Source: Octopus sinensis
Lineage: Eukaryota
NCBI RefSeq assembly: GCF_006345805.1
Contig: NC_043006.1
Span: forward strand, 3,162,001 to 3,226,000
Length of the DNA stretch: 64,000 bases
Direction: 5' to 3'
Part shown: in pieces, positions 51,690 through 64,000 of the stretch
Position numbering within the stretch: the stretch's first letter is position 1
Layout of the letters: each line of letters begins with the position of its first letter
The notes under the pieces: model-generated
The model's input: only the letters and a program-made list of their open reading frames with translations
The model's database searches: none
What the model was told of the DNA's origin: nothing
Program-made: the position numbers and the translations under genes

Positions 51690-52760
51690 AAGTAATTAAA
51701 CTGAAGTAATTAAAGTTGTGTTAATTATAACAGTGGTAATTAGAGATTGTAGAGATTAACATCAGTATAATTAATGCTAAGTTAATTAACGGTGTGTTAA
51801 TTATTGCTCTGGTAATTATAGATGTGGAAATTATTGCTGAGGTAATTAATGTGATCTAATTATAGCTGTGTTAATTTTTGCTGTATTAATTATTTCTTTG
51901 GGAGTTATAGCTGAAATAATTAAAACTGTAGTAATTAAAATCTCTGTTAGTTATTGCTCTGGCAATTAAAGCTTTGTTAACTATAGCTATGGTATATATA
52001 TATAATAAATATATATATATATATATAAATAAGCTGAGGTAGTTATTGTTGAGAAAGTTATAGGTATGGTAATTAAAGCTTTGCTAATTATTAATTATTG
52101 CTGCAGTAATTATAGGTGTGGTAATTTATAATTTTGGTAATTAAAGCTTGGTAATTGTAACTGTGTTAATTATATCTGTAGTAATTATTGTTGTGGTAAA
52201 AACAGTGTGGCAGTTATACTTGTAGTAATTATAATCTGGTTATTGTGTTGAGTTAATTATAGCTGTGTGAAGGCTACGCGGGTCTAATGGTAAGGATGTT
52301 GCACCCACGATTGCAAGATTGTTGTTTCGATTCCTGAACCAGGCGGTGCGTTGTATTCTTGAGCGAAACACTTCATTTCCCGTTGTTTGTGTAAATGAGT
52401 AAATCTGCGACGAATACTGTGAGCTCGGTCACTTAAACACCCTTGAAAGCGGGTAATTGGTCCTATGAGTCATACGACTCGAGACAGTAGTTAATTAAAG
52501 CCGTGTTAATTACAGCTGCATTAATTATAACTGTCGACATTATAGATGCGGCAATTACAACTGTAGTAATAATAGATATTTTAATTAAAACTGAGGTAAT
52601 TAGAGTTGTGGTAATTAAAGCTGTTTTAATTATCGTTGTGGCAGTTATAGCTGTGCTAATTCCTGTTGTGATAATGGTGTGGTAATTAAAGCTGCAGTAA
52701 TTATTGTTGTGGTACTAACTGAGGTGGTAATTATCACTACACTAATTATAGACCTGATCA
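51690..52760. repeat. Degenerate 15-bp minisatellite (consensus ~GTAATTATAGCTGTG)
   Basis: TAATTA cores recur mostly at 15-nt spacing; interrupted by (TA)n at ~51995 and a SINE at 52269-52450. Confidence 0.85.
52269..52450 (+). mobile_element. tRNA-derived SINE inserted in the minisatellite
   Basis: GGTCTAATGGTAAGG head, GTTTCGATTCC B box, GAGCGAAACACTTCATTTC core. Confidence 0.7.
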
Positions 52761-52811
52761 TTATTTTGACAGTTAGTGTAGTGGACATTTTACAGCAGGA
52801 GTATATATACA

Positions 52812-53125
52812 TTCTTTCATTCTTTCATTTGTTTCAGTGATTTGACTGCGGCCATGCTGGAGCACCGTCTTTAGTCGAACAAATCGACCCCAGAACTTAT
52901 TCTTTGTAAGCCTAGTACTTATTCTGTCTGTTTCTTTTGCCGAACCGCTAAGTTACGGGGATGTAAACAGACCAGCATCAGTTATCAAGCAATTGTAGTG
53001 GGAGGACAAACAAACATATACATATATGATATTTATACGACGGGCTTCTTTCAGTTTTCATCTACCAAATCCACTCACGAGACTTTGGATGGCCCGAGGC
53101 TTTAGTTGAAGACAATTACCCAAAG
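52812..53125 (-). mobile_element. tRNA SINE (family of 30821-31241), 5'-truncated
   Basis: Aligns with 30835-31160. Confidence 0.8.
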
Positions 53126-53748
53126 TACTTACCAAGGCAAATTTTCTTCTTTTTTTCTTTCTTTCTTTCTTCCTTTCTTTCTTTCTTTCTTCTCTCTCTC
53201 TCTCTCTGGATTTTAAAGTTTCCGAGTGTAATTTGGAGGTTCCTTTATCGAGGTTATTCTTGTTACCATTTTCAGGATTGTGACATCTTATATCGGAGAT
53301 GAATCGTTAGCCACAAAATAGGCACAAAAATTGCTGAGACGATCCTTTTCCCTGAAGCTGTTGTGAAGCTCCTTTTTCTTTCGAGACATTTTCCTTCAAT
53401 GTATTGATGTAAAATCTAATCCGCACCTACAACTTTTTCTCCTCGGGCAGGCTTCCAGTTCTTAGACTTTCGGCTACATTTTTCCACTTATTAGTCTGCA
53501 GGTTGAATAAGGGCATGCTCTTGACGGAATTCCAAAGGCGTTTGGTAAGGGTATCCTATGGGTGGTGGCTTGTAAGTTCAAAACGCATGATCAATTAGAA
53601 CATTTTGCATTCGGGTCTCATTTTTACATGTTCTAATCATCGATATTGATACAGTTCTATATTTAAGAGATGAGGAATTATGTACATTATTCACATTATT
53701 TATATTATTTACATTCGACGGATATTTGTCCTCATCTTGTTTGTTGTT

Positions 53749-53794
53749 AACACAACATTTCGGCTGATATACCCTCCAGCCTTCTTCAGGTGTC
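53749..53794 (-). ncRNA. Ultra-minimal type I hammerhead motif in a PLE-like terminal repeat
   Basis: Minus: GACAC-CTGAAGA-A-GGCTG(loop)CAGCC-GAAA-TG-TT-GTGTT; stem I GACAC/GTGTT, stem II 5 bp, loopless stem III. Confidence 0.65.
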
Positions 53795-53864
53795 TTGGGG
53801 AAATTTCGAACCTGGGTTCTCATTTCTAAGGTATTTTTCGATGTTATTATCATTATTATTATTA

Positions 53865-53946
<82 letters not shown>

Positions 53947-53962
53947 CATTATTGTTGTTGTT

Positions 53963-54097
53963 GTTCAGGTCACTGCGTGGAATCGAACTCGGAATCTTGG
54001 GGTTAGTATCCCACGCTCTTAACCACTACGCCACGTGCATATGGCGCGGGCTACTAACCCCAAGATTCCGAGTTCGATTCCAGGTGGTGAACTGAAT
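53963..54097. mobile_element. Head-to-head pair of short tRNA-like SINEs with outward AAT tails
   Basis: 38-bp inverted arms 53979-54016 / 54044-54081; B box GTTCGATTCC in both. Confidence 0.8.
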
Positions 54098-54398
54098 GAT
54101 AATAATGATAATAATAATAATAATAATAATGATAATAATAATAATAATAATGATAATAATAATAATAATAATGATAATAATAATAATAATAATGGGTTAC
54201 AGCAAATATTCTGTTCAATATCACCAAAATAAGAAAAAAAAAAGGAACAAGGGTGTACAGTTGATTGAATGTAAAGCGAGAACAGTGTCGTCGTCAGTAT
54301 ATTTCAGTTCACAGATTATGTTTGTAGATGTATAACTTTCAGATTTAAGTCTGCCGAAGTGGATTAAAACGTCCTCCATCGTATCTGGAGTAAATGTT

Positions 54399-54439
<41 letters not shown>

Positions 54440-54652
54440 TGAAGCAGCCAGCTGGCATTTCGTCCGTCTTTACGCTCGGAGTTCAAATTCCACCGAGGTC
54501 GACTTTACGTTTCATCCTTTTGATAAATTAAGTACCTGTGGAGCAACGAGGTCGATGTAAATAAATTGCCCCTCCCCGGAATTGCTAGCCTTGTACCAAA
54601 ATTTGAAATCTTTATTGTAATTGCTGTTGTTGTTGTTGTTATTGTTGTTATT

Positions 54653-55104
54653 GAATGAGAGAGCAGCGTGTGCCATCAGAGTGACATTGGGGTACAAATA
54701 TACGAAGCCCAATATACCCATCATGACTACCCGTCTGATAAGGATACACCAGGCACATGTATCACAACCATATGTGCACGACGTGGTGACCTTATATCAA
54801 GATAAACAGCGCATGGCTTTGCAACTGGGGACCAGTTGAAACTTTCTTCGGATCGAGTAGACCATCCTGCTCAAAAGGTCCCTGATTAAAGATTGTTTAA
54901 GGATGTTGAACGAAACACCCATGATTCCAAAGGTGAATTACTCAAACCCCAAGCAGTTCCTCTCAACACATGGCTATGGTGCTCGTCCACAACTACTGCT
55001 CATGATCAGAGATGTCAACCACTGAGGGACATGCTCAACTGGTTAAGGTCAAACAACTGACAAGCAAATCTGTGGTTTGAGCAGAATATTTGCTGTAGCC
55101 CATC
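54653..55104 (-). mobile_element. ~550-bp element, minus strand, 5'-truncated
   Basis: Reverse complement of the 4230-4696 region. Confidence 0.85.
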
Positions 55105-55351
55105 TATTATTGTATTGTTGTTGCTGTTACTATTGTTGTTGTTGTTATCATTATCATTGCCACTAAAATAATTATCCATTCAAAGCTACACTTAGAATCG
55201 CTTGTGTATTTTGTGTGTGTTCTTTTGTTTCTTTTGGGTGTGTGTGTTTTGTTCGCTCAATGCAACCGTTTGTGTGGCTGGAACACATTCTAGGAAGTCA
55301 AGCATGCATCAAATTAAAAAAGAAAAAAATGCAACAGTATCATCTACAAAC

Positions 55352-55357
55352 ACAATA

Positions 55358-55420
<63 letters not shown>

Positions 55421-55473
55421 CAATAATAATAACAACAATAATAATAATAACAACAACAAGAACAATGATGATG

Positions 55474-55516
<43 letters not shown>

Positions 55517-55523
55517 CAACAAC

Positions 55524-55564
<41 letters not shown>

Positions 55565-55581
55565 CAAGAACAATGATGATG

Positions 55582-55612
<31 letters not shown>

Positions 55613-55668
55613 CAAGAACATGATGATGATAATAATAATAATAATAATAATAATAAGAAGAAGAAGAA

Positions 55669-55699
<31 letters not shown>

Positions 55700-55725
55700 A
55701 AGAACAACAACAACAACAACAATGA
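55352..55725. repeat. Compound AAT/AAC/GAT/AAG array with higher-order units
   Basis: AACAACAAGAACA(A)TGATGATGAT recurs at ~55450, ~55560, ~55610. Confidence 0.9.
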
Positions 55726-56514
55726 TAAGTTTAAAAAATGGAAAAGAAGCAAAGAATAGAAACGAAACAAGAATAAGAGAACGATTAAGGAACTCTTGTA
55801 ATATTAAATGACAAAGTCTACTGTGACAAACAAATATGTGTACACCTATATATATACATACATACACACACACTCATATACACACACACACACATAGATA
55901 TGCACATATACATACATGCATACATACATACATACATAAATACATACATACATTGTATACATACATACATATATACATACATATATTCCCTTTCTCCTGT
56001 CTTTTGTTTTCACGTGACCGCTAGCCGCTGTTGAGCGCTCTTTTCGTTTCAGCAGTCGCAGAAGCAACACGTATTTGTTCGTCTCCCTGCGGCCATTAGG
56101 CACAACTTCACAAGCCAGCCCCATACTCAACTCGTCCTGTCGAAAGACCCTTGTCCTACGTCCTGGTTTTGTTTTGTTGTTTATTTTTTATTTTTACCGT
56201 TATTGTTTTTACGTTTTTGTATTCTTATTGGTGTCACGTATTCTGTATTTTTGTTCGTGTACTTCGTTCGTTTTCCGTCCTCGTGTTGTATACATTCGAA
56301 GCTTTCTTCCAGGGGATCTAATGCGCTTGGCTTAGATTTCCCTTGGCGGGCTGGCCATATCGGAGCAATCTCAAGATTAATCAGCCGAAATTGCTAAGAT
56401 GATCTGGTTCTTGACTGATGACTGAGGGCTTCGAATGTCCCGTCCTGTGGTTCTTGTGTCGTCTCTGTGGTGTTTCATGTTCTTGTCCATGTCTGTAATT
56501 ATTTTTACTGTTTA

Positions 56515-56567
<53 letters not shown>

Positions 56568-56994
56568 TAACAAAATATTTCTGTTATTGTTCTCTTTTGC
56601 TACACTTCATTTTTAAGTCGGTGTTGTTGTTGTTGTTGTTGTTGTTGTTAAGGTTGTTGCGGCTATGGTATTTCGAGACTATTGTCAACATGTCCTGTTT
56701 CGTTACTTCAAAACCCAACCCCCCACCAACCCCCCAAAAATGCCTTAGAACTTTTACAAGTATCGAGGTCAAGAATGTTCTTAAGTACCACCTACTTTCA
56801 CCACACCAACATTTATCCACGCTGTTTTAACCACATTATGGACAATAATAAGTCTTTTTTTTCTTTAGAATTCTGCCTTCTTACCGTTTTCAACACAGAA
56901 AATTGTACCATTTTTCGGAACCATCTGACTGTCACGGTCTTCTTTCAATCTCTTCTCTCTTTCTTTCACTATCTCACTCTGTTTCACACACACA

Positions 56995-57071
<77 letters not shown>

Positions 57072-57569
57072 CCTCTGTTTCATACACTCACACACACACA
57101 CACGAAACTCCATGTCGAAAACTGTTTCGCTCTGCGTCCTTCTTTCTTTTATTCTTATATCAATGTTTTACGTTGTTTCTCTTACATTTTAAGTGTTTAA
57201 AGTCTTTTATTTTTGCCTCCTTCTTGTCTTCTTTTCCTTCTTCGGTGACGACCTTCCCTATCGAGTATTCACATACATAGAAACTTACAAACCACACGCA
57301 CACACACACACACACACACTTACACAGAGGAAAACTCAAGAAAGCACGTTCGCACACTTGCACACATAATCGCACGTGCACACAAGGACAGGCGTAACCA
57401 TAGCACCACGCGTTAACACGTCTTCTCTCATGTGTATATTCATTCGTGTAAACAGCTTTTTCTGATTCAAAAGCGAGGGGGCGCACACAAACAGTCATAC
57501 TGAAAATATATCTTTAAAAATATCTAAGAAGAAACTCCAAACACAGTCCCGATGGGAGAAGTTTCTCCA

Positions 57570-57915
57570 TATATAGACATAGGCATGAAAGAAGTAAATA
57601 GACACCCCTTATAATCATGAAAATTTATTTAAATCTGAAATCATACATTCAAATTATTTGTTAGTAGTTATAATGCGAACATTTAATATTTAGTAGACAT
57701 GACCTTTGCATTTTTCAATTCAAGGGCCCTATTAGGCATGTTTACTGATCAGATGGTGATTATTCTCTTGCGGAATTTCTTGCCAAGTTTCATGCAATAA
57801 TATCAAAAGATCTGACTTTGAAGATGCTTTCTTGTTTTGTTTATGAAATGTCCTGTCCATTACGCCCCAGAGGTGTTCTATAGGGTTCATATCTGGTGAC
57901 AAGCTTGGCTATTGA
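57570..57915 (-). pseudogene. Tc1 transposase C-terminal fragment and probable 3' end
   Basis: Minus: SPDMNPIEHLWGVMDR...LHETWQEIPQE...(M)PNR...TKY* (stop at 57683-57685), the Tc1 SPDLNPIExxW motif. Confidence 0.8.
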
Positions 57916-57940
57916 AGCTTTCTAATGCCATTCTTTACCA

Positions 57941-58720
<780 letters not shown>

Positions 58721-58762
58721 TATATACATACACACACACATATATACATACATATGTATATA

Positions 58763-58997
58763 CAGGGTGGGTGACCCAAAAGTAGCGTTACAGTTATCAC
58801 GTAGGCACTTTAAATTTCTTTTACGCGATTTTATTACATTTAAATTTCTATCTTACAAACCGTAAAAGGAGCTTGAGAAAATTAACTAAATTAGCCGAGA
58901 GTAATGGTTTCATATGTTTTTATAATCAAGATCTAAGCTGTGAATATATGAATACGAAGGAGTTGAATAACTGTAAACCTACTTTTGGGCCACCCTG
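58763..58997. mobile_element. Tc1/mariner MITE
   Basis: TIRs CAGGGTGG(GTGA)CCCAAAAGTAG / CTACTTTTGGGCCACCCTG; TA flanks. Confidence 0.85.
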
Positions 58998-59156
58998 TAT
59001 ATGTATATATATATATGTGTATATATGTATATAATTATATATATATATTCAAATGAATATGGTACTTAAGTTATATGCACCAGAATTTTGTATGGTGTTA
59101 TCCATATAAATCCATGGGGTGATTATAATCAAAATAAGCAACAAGAATAACTTCGG

Positions 59157-59248
59157 TAATTTGGTACGATCGTTTCACGCTACATCATTTTATTAAATGT
59201 TGTAAGTATTACAATAGTATTAAAATGCTGAGCACTCATCAGCCATTA
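59157..59248 (-). ncRNA. Type I hammerhead ribozyme with intact core motifs
   Basis: Minus: TAATGG-CTGATGA-[59-nt stem II with internal hairpin]-GAAAC-GATC-GTA-CCAAATTA. Confidence 0.75.
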
Positions 59249-60285
59249 ATAGGTTTTCCCTTAATACATCATTTTCATATCAATTGATAACATTATAGAG
59301 AAGGTAGATATATAGGCAAAGATGTGGATTTAAATTTTAAGAACATTTAAGGTAGTGGAGTTTATCAACTGACTGAATAATATTCATTTGCTATGAACTG
59401 CTAGAAGGTTCTGAGAAGAATGGACAAATGAAAGGAAACAGGAAAGATCTTCTATTTATAGAAATAGGGGTGAAATAGATGTCAAAGTTCCATATAAAGA
59501 AATTGAGGTAGAGAGAAAAGGGTTGTCACATTACGATGCCTATTACTACTATTTGGTAAACAGATTTAGCATTAGGAAAACTAGGTTAATGTCAAATGGT
59601 TATAATGACCACTTTTAGAGAATGCAGAGATTTTTTTAAACTTTTAAACTTATATACACCAAGCTGATAGGTTTTGAGTATTTTGATACGTTGGATTAAA
59701 GGAGAAATTATAAATCTAATATTTATTCAATTTAGAGAAAAATCTATCACTTATTATGAGTAGGCATAATACTTATTAATTGGGGACAAAATCTTATTAA
59801 TCAAGTGAATATATTAGGGGTCAAATATATATAATAGGAAAAATAGAAGAGGAGTAATCAAAGAAGAAAGGTATTCGTAGGTTTAGTAGAAGGTGATTTA
59901 ATAATATGAAGGGAAGTAATTTAGAAGAGTAAATTACTCAGATTTCATAGTGAAGTGTTATTAATGAATTAAAATATAGAATCTGTTAGAAATAATATTT
60001 ACTACCCGCGGAGAAAGGCTAATTAGTTAGGTAAAAATATCCTAGGTTAATGATATATTAAGAAGTGAGATAATCAAGGTGAACCGAATAGTTTCTTTAG
60101 GGACATAGAATTTATACTATTTAGTGTAGGAGAATTTTTTAAAAAAGGGAGAATTTAATTCTAAGTTTGCTATGAAGTTTTATAGTAATCTATGTATGTT
60201 GAATTAAAAACCAGTATGATATATTCGTTCTTATTTGGTTATAAAGAATTAAAATTTGAAAAATTTAAGAATATTCACGATATTA

Positions 60286-60575
60286 TTATTCAAAATAATT
60301 AAACGTACGGGTTGTGCGATGTATGCAAGATGCTCCTAGCTCCGAACGGTTATTTAACAGATTTGTATTACTCCAATGTTTTAAAATTTCATATGTTTCC
60401 ATAGAACAAAGTTCACAACCATCTCTACTATTTTTATAAGGCCGTACTTTTCTTACTATATCCCATTTCAGGTTGAATTCTATATTATTCGTTTTCAGTT
60501 CCCAAATTTTACTAGACAATGTTGTGCAACCTGCTTTGTGCTTGAGCCTAAAGGGGGAAAAATGATTGTTTAAAC
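60286..60575 (-). pseudogene. PLE GIY-YIG endonuclease C-terminal fragment
   Basis: LSSKIWELK, CELC, LLNNRSELGASCIH motifs. Confidence 0.8.
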
Positions 60576-60649
60576 GTTATCTATGTATCTACCTTCTCTA
60601 TAATGTTATCAATTGATATGAAAATCATGTATTAATGGAAAACCTCTAT

Positions 60650-60741
60650 TAATGGCTGATGAGTGCTCAGCATTTTAATACTGTTGTAATACTTACAACA
60701 TTTAATAAAATGATGTAGCGTGAAAAGATCGTACCAAATTA
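60650..60741 (+). ncRNA. Second hammerhead copy with a stem III mutation
   Basis: Same sequence as 59157-59248 but GAAAA-GATC-GTA instead of GAAAC-GATC-GTA. Confidence 0.65.
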
Positions 60742-60771
60742 CCGAAGTTATTCTTGTTACTTATTTTGATA

Positions 60772-60840
<69 letters not shown>

Positions 60841-60997
60841 TGTGTGTGTGTATAAAGATATGTATATACAAATGTAAGATCCAGGGATCGAGGTGTAGGA
60901 AGAAAGTTAGCTTCAAGTAATCTGTAGTAAGGTTGCAACATATACAGACAGACAGACAGATAGACAGACAGACAGACACACACACACACACACACAA

Positions 60998-61272
60998 TCT
61001 TTTTATCTTTTATGTTTTCTATTTTATTCGTCTCACTCATTAGGCTGTGACCATGCTGGGGCACCGCTTGGAAGGGTTTCGTCGAACGGTCGAACGAGGG
61101 AACGAATACGAATCGTTGTCAGTTGTTACTTCTTAAAGCCTGGTTCTTAATTTATTGTTTTTTCTTTTTGTCAATCTGTTAAGTTACAGAGACGTAAACA
61201 AAACCAGTACCAGTTATCAAGTAAACATACGTACAAAGACACCTGCATATACATATTTAAATATACATAAAC

Positions 61273-61324
<52 letters not shown>

Positions 61325-61357
61325 ATATATATATATATATACACACGCACACACACA

Positions 61358-61388
<31 letters not shown>

Positions 61389-61410
61389 CCACACACACAC
61401 ACATATATTA

Positions 61411-61444
<34 letters not shown>

Positions 61445-61651
61445 TGTATGTATGTATATATATATATATATATATATTATATATGTATATATGGCGGGCT
61501 TCTTTCAGTTTCCGTCTACCAAATCCGCTCACAAGGTCATGATTGGCTCGGGGTTATAGAAGAGATTTGCCGAAGGTGCCACACAGTGGGACTGAATCCG
61601 GGACCATGTGGTTGGAAAGCAGTCTTATCACGCTGCCCACGCCTGCGCCTA
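60998..61651 (-). mobile_element. tRNA SINE (30821 family), expanded by microsatellites
   Basis: Minus head ATAGGCGCAGGCGTGG; 3' GGTGCCCCAGCATGGTCACAGCC. Confidence 0.7.
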
Positions 61652-62799
61652 TTATATATATATATTTTTTTTTATGCGTGTGTGTGTATGTGTGTGTGTG
61701 TGTGGTGTGTGTGTGTGTGTGAGAGAGGGAGAATTTCGAATAGCTTTGGCATTTGAAGCCAGTGATTATAAGGTGTAATGTTATTATTTTAAACTGTTCT
61801 TGCCTGCTTCCAGAAGACGTTATGGCGTGTTTTTGGGAAATATATGAACGGAATTTTCTAAAAATAACGTAAATTATCAAGAATTGTGTCAATATTCGTC
61901 CAACATAAGTTGGATTGAAGATTGTCTTTAGAACGGTTTAAAGTCAGCCTCGTCATCTTTTTACCTGCTTTTTATCGTATATCTTATTTAATTGATAATG
62001 TAGTGACCTTCAGGCCTGACCATGTTGCTATCTTCTAAATACTGGGATCATTTCAATTTATATTTCACTGCCGTTGGTGTTGTTTCCAGTTGGATGCTCG
62101 GAAACGAGTTGAACACTTATCAATACTCATACATTTAGTGTGTTCCCCTCCACCACAAAAGGCCAATTTCTCTCACCATGGCGAATACACCTGTCGTCGG
62201 CAGCGGCGGCTTTATCTCGTATCCAAGAATTTAGTTTCTTCTTTGCTGAATGCTTCCTTTTTGGTGATGGTATTGATGACTCTGTAGACCAATTCTTGCA
62301 TAGAAGAGACGGTGGCATTGACTGTATGTCAATGTCGGTGGAAGACGAGGTTGATTTTGTCGAGCCTTTCTCACCTGTCATTTGATTTCTTCCTTTTCTC
62401 TTTTGGTGGCTTCGAAGTTGTTTGTTGTGATGGTGATGGAACACTGCCACTTGGTACAGTCTTGGACTCGTGTTTCAACCGATTTAGGCTCAATTCCAGA
62501 TGCTTTCGGTGTTACTTTCAGTTGGCCCTTGTATCTTCGAAGAGAGCAATCCCGTGATTTTTTCCCAAATTATCAAAAATGATGTAAACATTTGTTAACG
62601 ACCTATTTTGCGAAAATATTGATTCCAGTTTCCTCGTTAGCGATCGCTAGTAGGACATCGGTGGTGATGTATTCTACAGTGAATTTGCACACATATGATA
62701 TTCGACAGTGGCCCTTTAAAAGCTAAGTCTTTGCACTTGATAAAAGCAAATAATTTGGCCATGTCTGACACGAGAATATCTTAGCTAAGTTGCTCGTCT

Positions 62800-63020
62800 G
62801 TGGTCTCTTTGCGTTTCATAATTTATTGGGTAGGAATCTTCCTATCAGATCGTATTATGGTAGCGCACACCGGTGGAACACTTTCTCACCAAAAATCCAT
62901 GAACTCTGGTCTTAGCCAAGGTTCAGTTATATTCTCAGCACTCTTCTTTTTCTACAGTAATGCCCTGAATGATACCAAAATAAACTCTGTCTCACATGTA
63001 GATGATAAGAATGAGGCAAT
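62800..63020 (+). pseudogene. APE-type LINE reverse transcriptase fragment (CR1/L2/Jockey-like)
   Basis: WVGIFLSDR..V...SGLSQGSVIFSALFFFYSNAL...VDD resembles WIxxFLxxR...GVPQGSVLxPxLF..Y.NDL...ADD. Confidence 0.7.
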
Positions 63021-63179
63021 ACTTCTGGCCTTCAGATGGGCTTTACCTAACTCTCTCTATTCTAATGCTTTTACAAACAATTTCTGCACCTCAGAACGAA
63101 ATAATTGCTCACAATTTATATCTAGACCCATCTATCTCTCCTCCTATTGTCAATCATACAGTGTGTCAAGTATAGACCC

Positions 63180-63480
63180 TGCGTAAACCGCCCTGTCTAA
63201 TCTTTCCTCTAGAGAACATCAAGCTTCTGGAATTCCGTTCTTACTCATTTATTGATTGTGCTGAACGTTAACCGTAGCAAACTCACCAGTTTCGAATGGC
63301 CTGTGAATGTTATCGACACGAGATCTTTTTCATGATAAATTTTACATTGTCTATTGACCACAAAATAACAATTCAAAATAACAATAGACCATTTATTAGC
63401 ATTCTGTAAAGGTTTCGGATCCCGGATCTGTCCAGAGTAGGTATCTAAACCCATTGACTTATAAACATCTTAATCATTGA
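63180..63480 (-). pseudogene. Possible eroded L1/Tx1-like endonuclease C-terminal fragment
   Basis: VSITFTGHSKLVSL resembles the SDH motif region; weak. Confidence 0.3.
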
Positions 63481-64000
63481 GTTGTATGCTGTTATCTTAA
63501 CATAGTACTGTTTTAATCATTTTATCAAGGACTAGATCTGTCACTTGCAGTGATTCATTGTTGGAAATTGTCAAAATTAGTTTGGTACGGTTAATTGGTG
63601 AGAAGGTTAGTTGGAAAAGCACTTCAATTTTCTCCAAATTGATTCATAAACAAGATATCTAGCATTTCGGACCCACAAACTAATCACGTATCGCTTAAAA
63701 CCGTTATAATCATGAACTATGTTCATATAATCATCTACTTTTTAAGTAAATGACTATATGAGCCCCTAGGGTTTGAAATTGTTTTATAGTTTTCCTTCGT
63801 CATCACTGGACTAGCCTAAAATTGCAGCCATAAACGAAATCTCTTTAACATCTTTAAAAGTTAAAGAACTTATTGGCGAGTGCGGTCCAGGATGCACACC
63901 ACTGGAAAAAGAGATAAAATGGTCAAGGGTCGAATGCTTTTGTTTATTGATCTCTTTAATCACAGCTGAACTGGGGCTAAATAGTAACATTAATGACGGC

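Larger units (their letters stand above)
59049..60770 (-). mobile_element. 5'-truncated Penelope-like element with inverted ~190-bp terminal repeats
   Basis: GIY-YIG C-terminal part NNHFSPFR..TTLSSKIWELK..WDI..CELC..E..LLNNRSEL..CIH (60575-60286); arms 59128-59315 and 60581-60770; (TA)n both sides. Confidence 0.85.

Noticed and set aside
56408-56445. Hammerhead at CTGATGA...GAAT...GTC
   Set aside because: No stem II pairing, GAAT instead of GAAA, and the segment pairs instead with 56292-56302

Overview
AT-rich, repeat-dominated eukaryotic DNA. The SINE, microsatellite and LINE repertoire resembles an Octopus/coleoid cephalopod genome (inference from repeat families I recognise, not from a search). 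I can support no intact host protein-coding gene; most ORFs in the track are translated microsatellites. Main content: (1) about 19 5'-truncated, frameshifted fragments of RLE-type non-LTR retrotransposons (R4/Dong-like, at least 5 families), stacked head-to-tail in (AAT)n tracts; (2) a ~550-bp non-coding element with a fixed 3' end and (AAT)n tail; (3) several tRNA-derived SINE families; (4) DNA transposon relics: a ~2.56-kb Chapaev3-like (CMC) element, a Tc1 transposase fragment, hAT/Tigger/pogo/mariner MITEs and Helitron ends; (5) Penelope-like element (PLE) material. The most interesting signal is a set of minimal type I hammerhead ribozyme (HHR) motifs from several unrelated repeat families. 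They recur at inverted (fold-back) junctions inside TA-rich microsatellites. The clearest case is a truncated PLE at 59.0-60.8 kb flanked by ~190-bp inverted repeats, each carrying an HHR, one with intact core motifs and one mutated.
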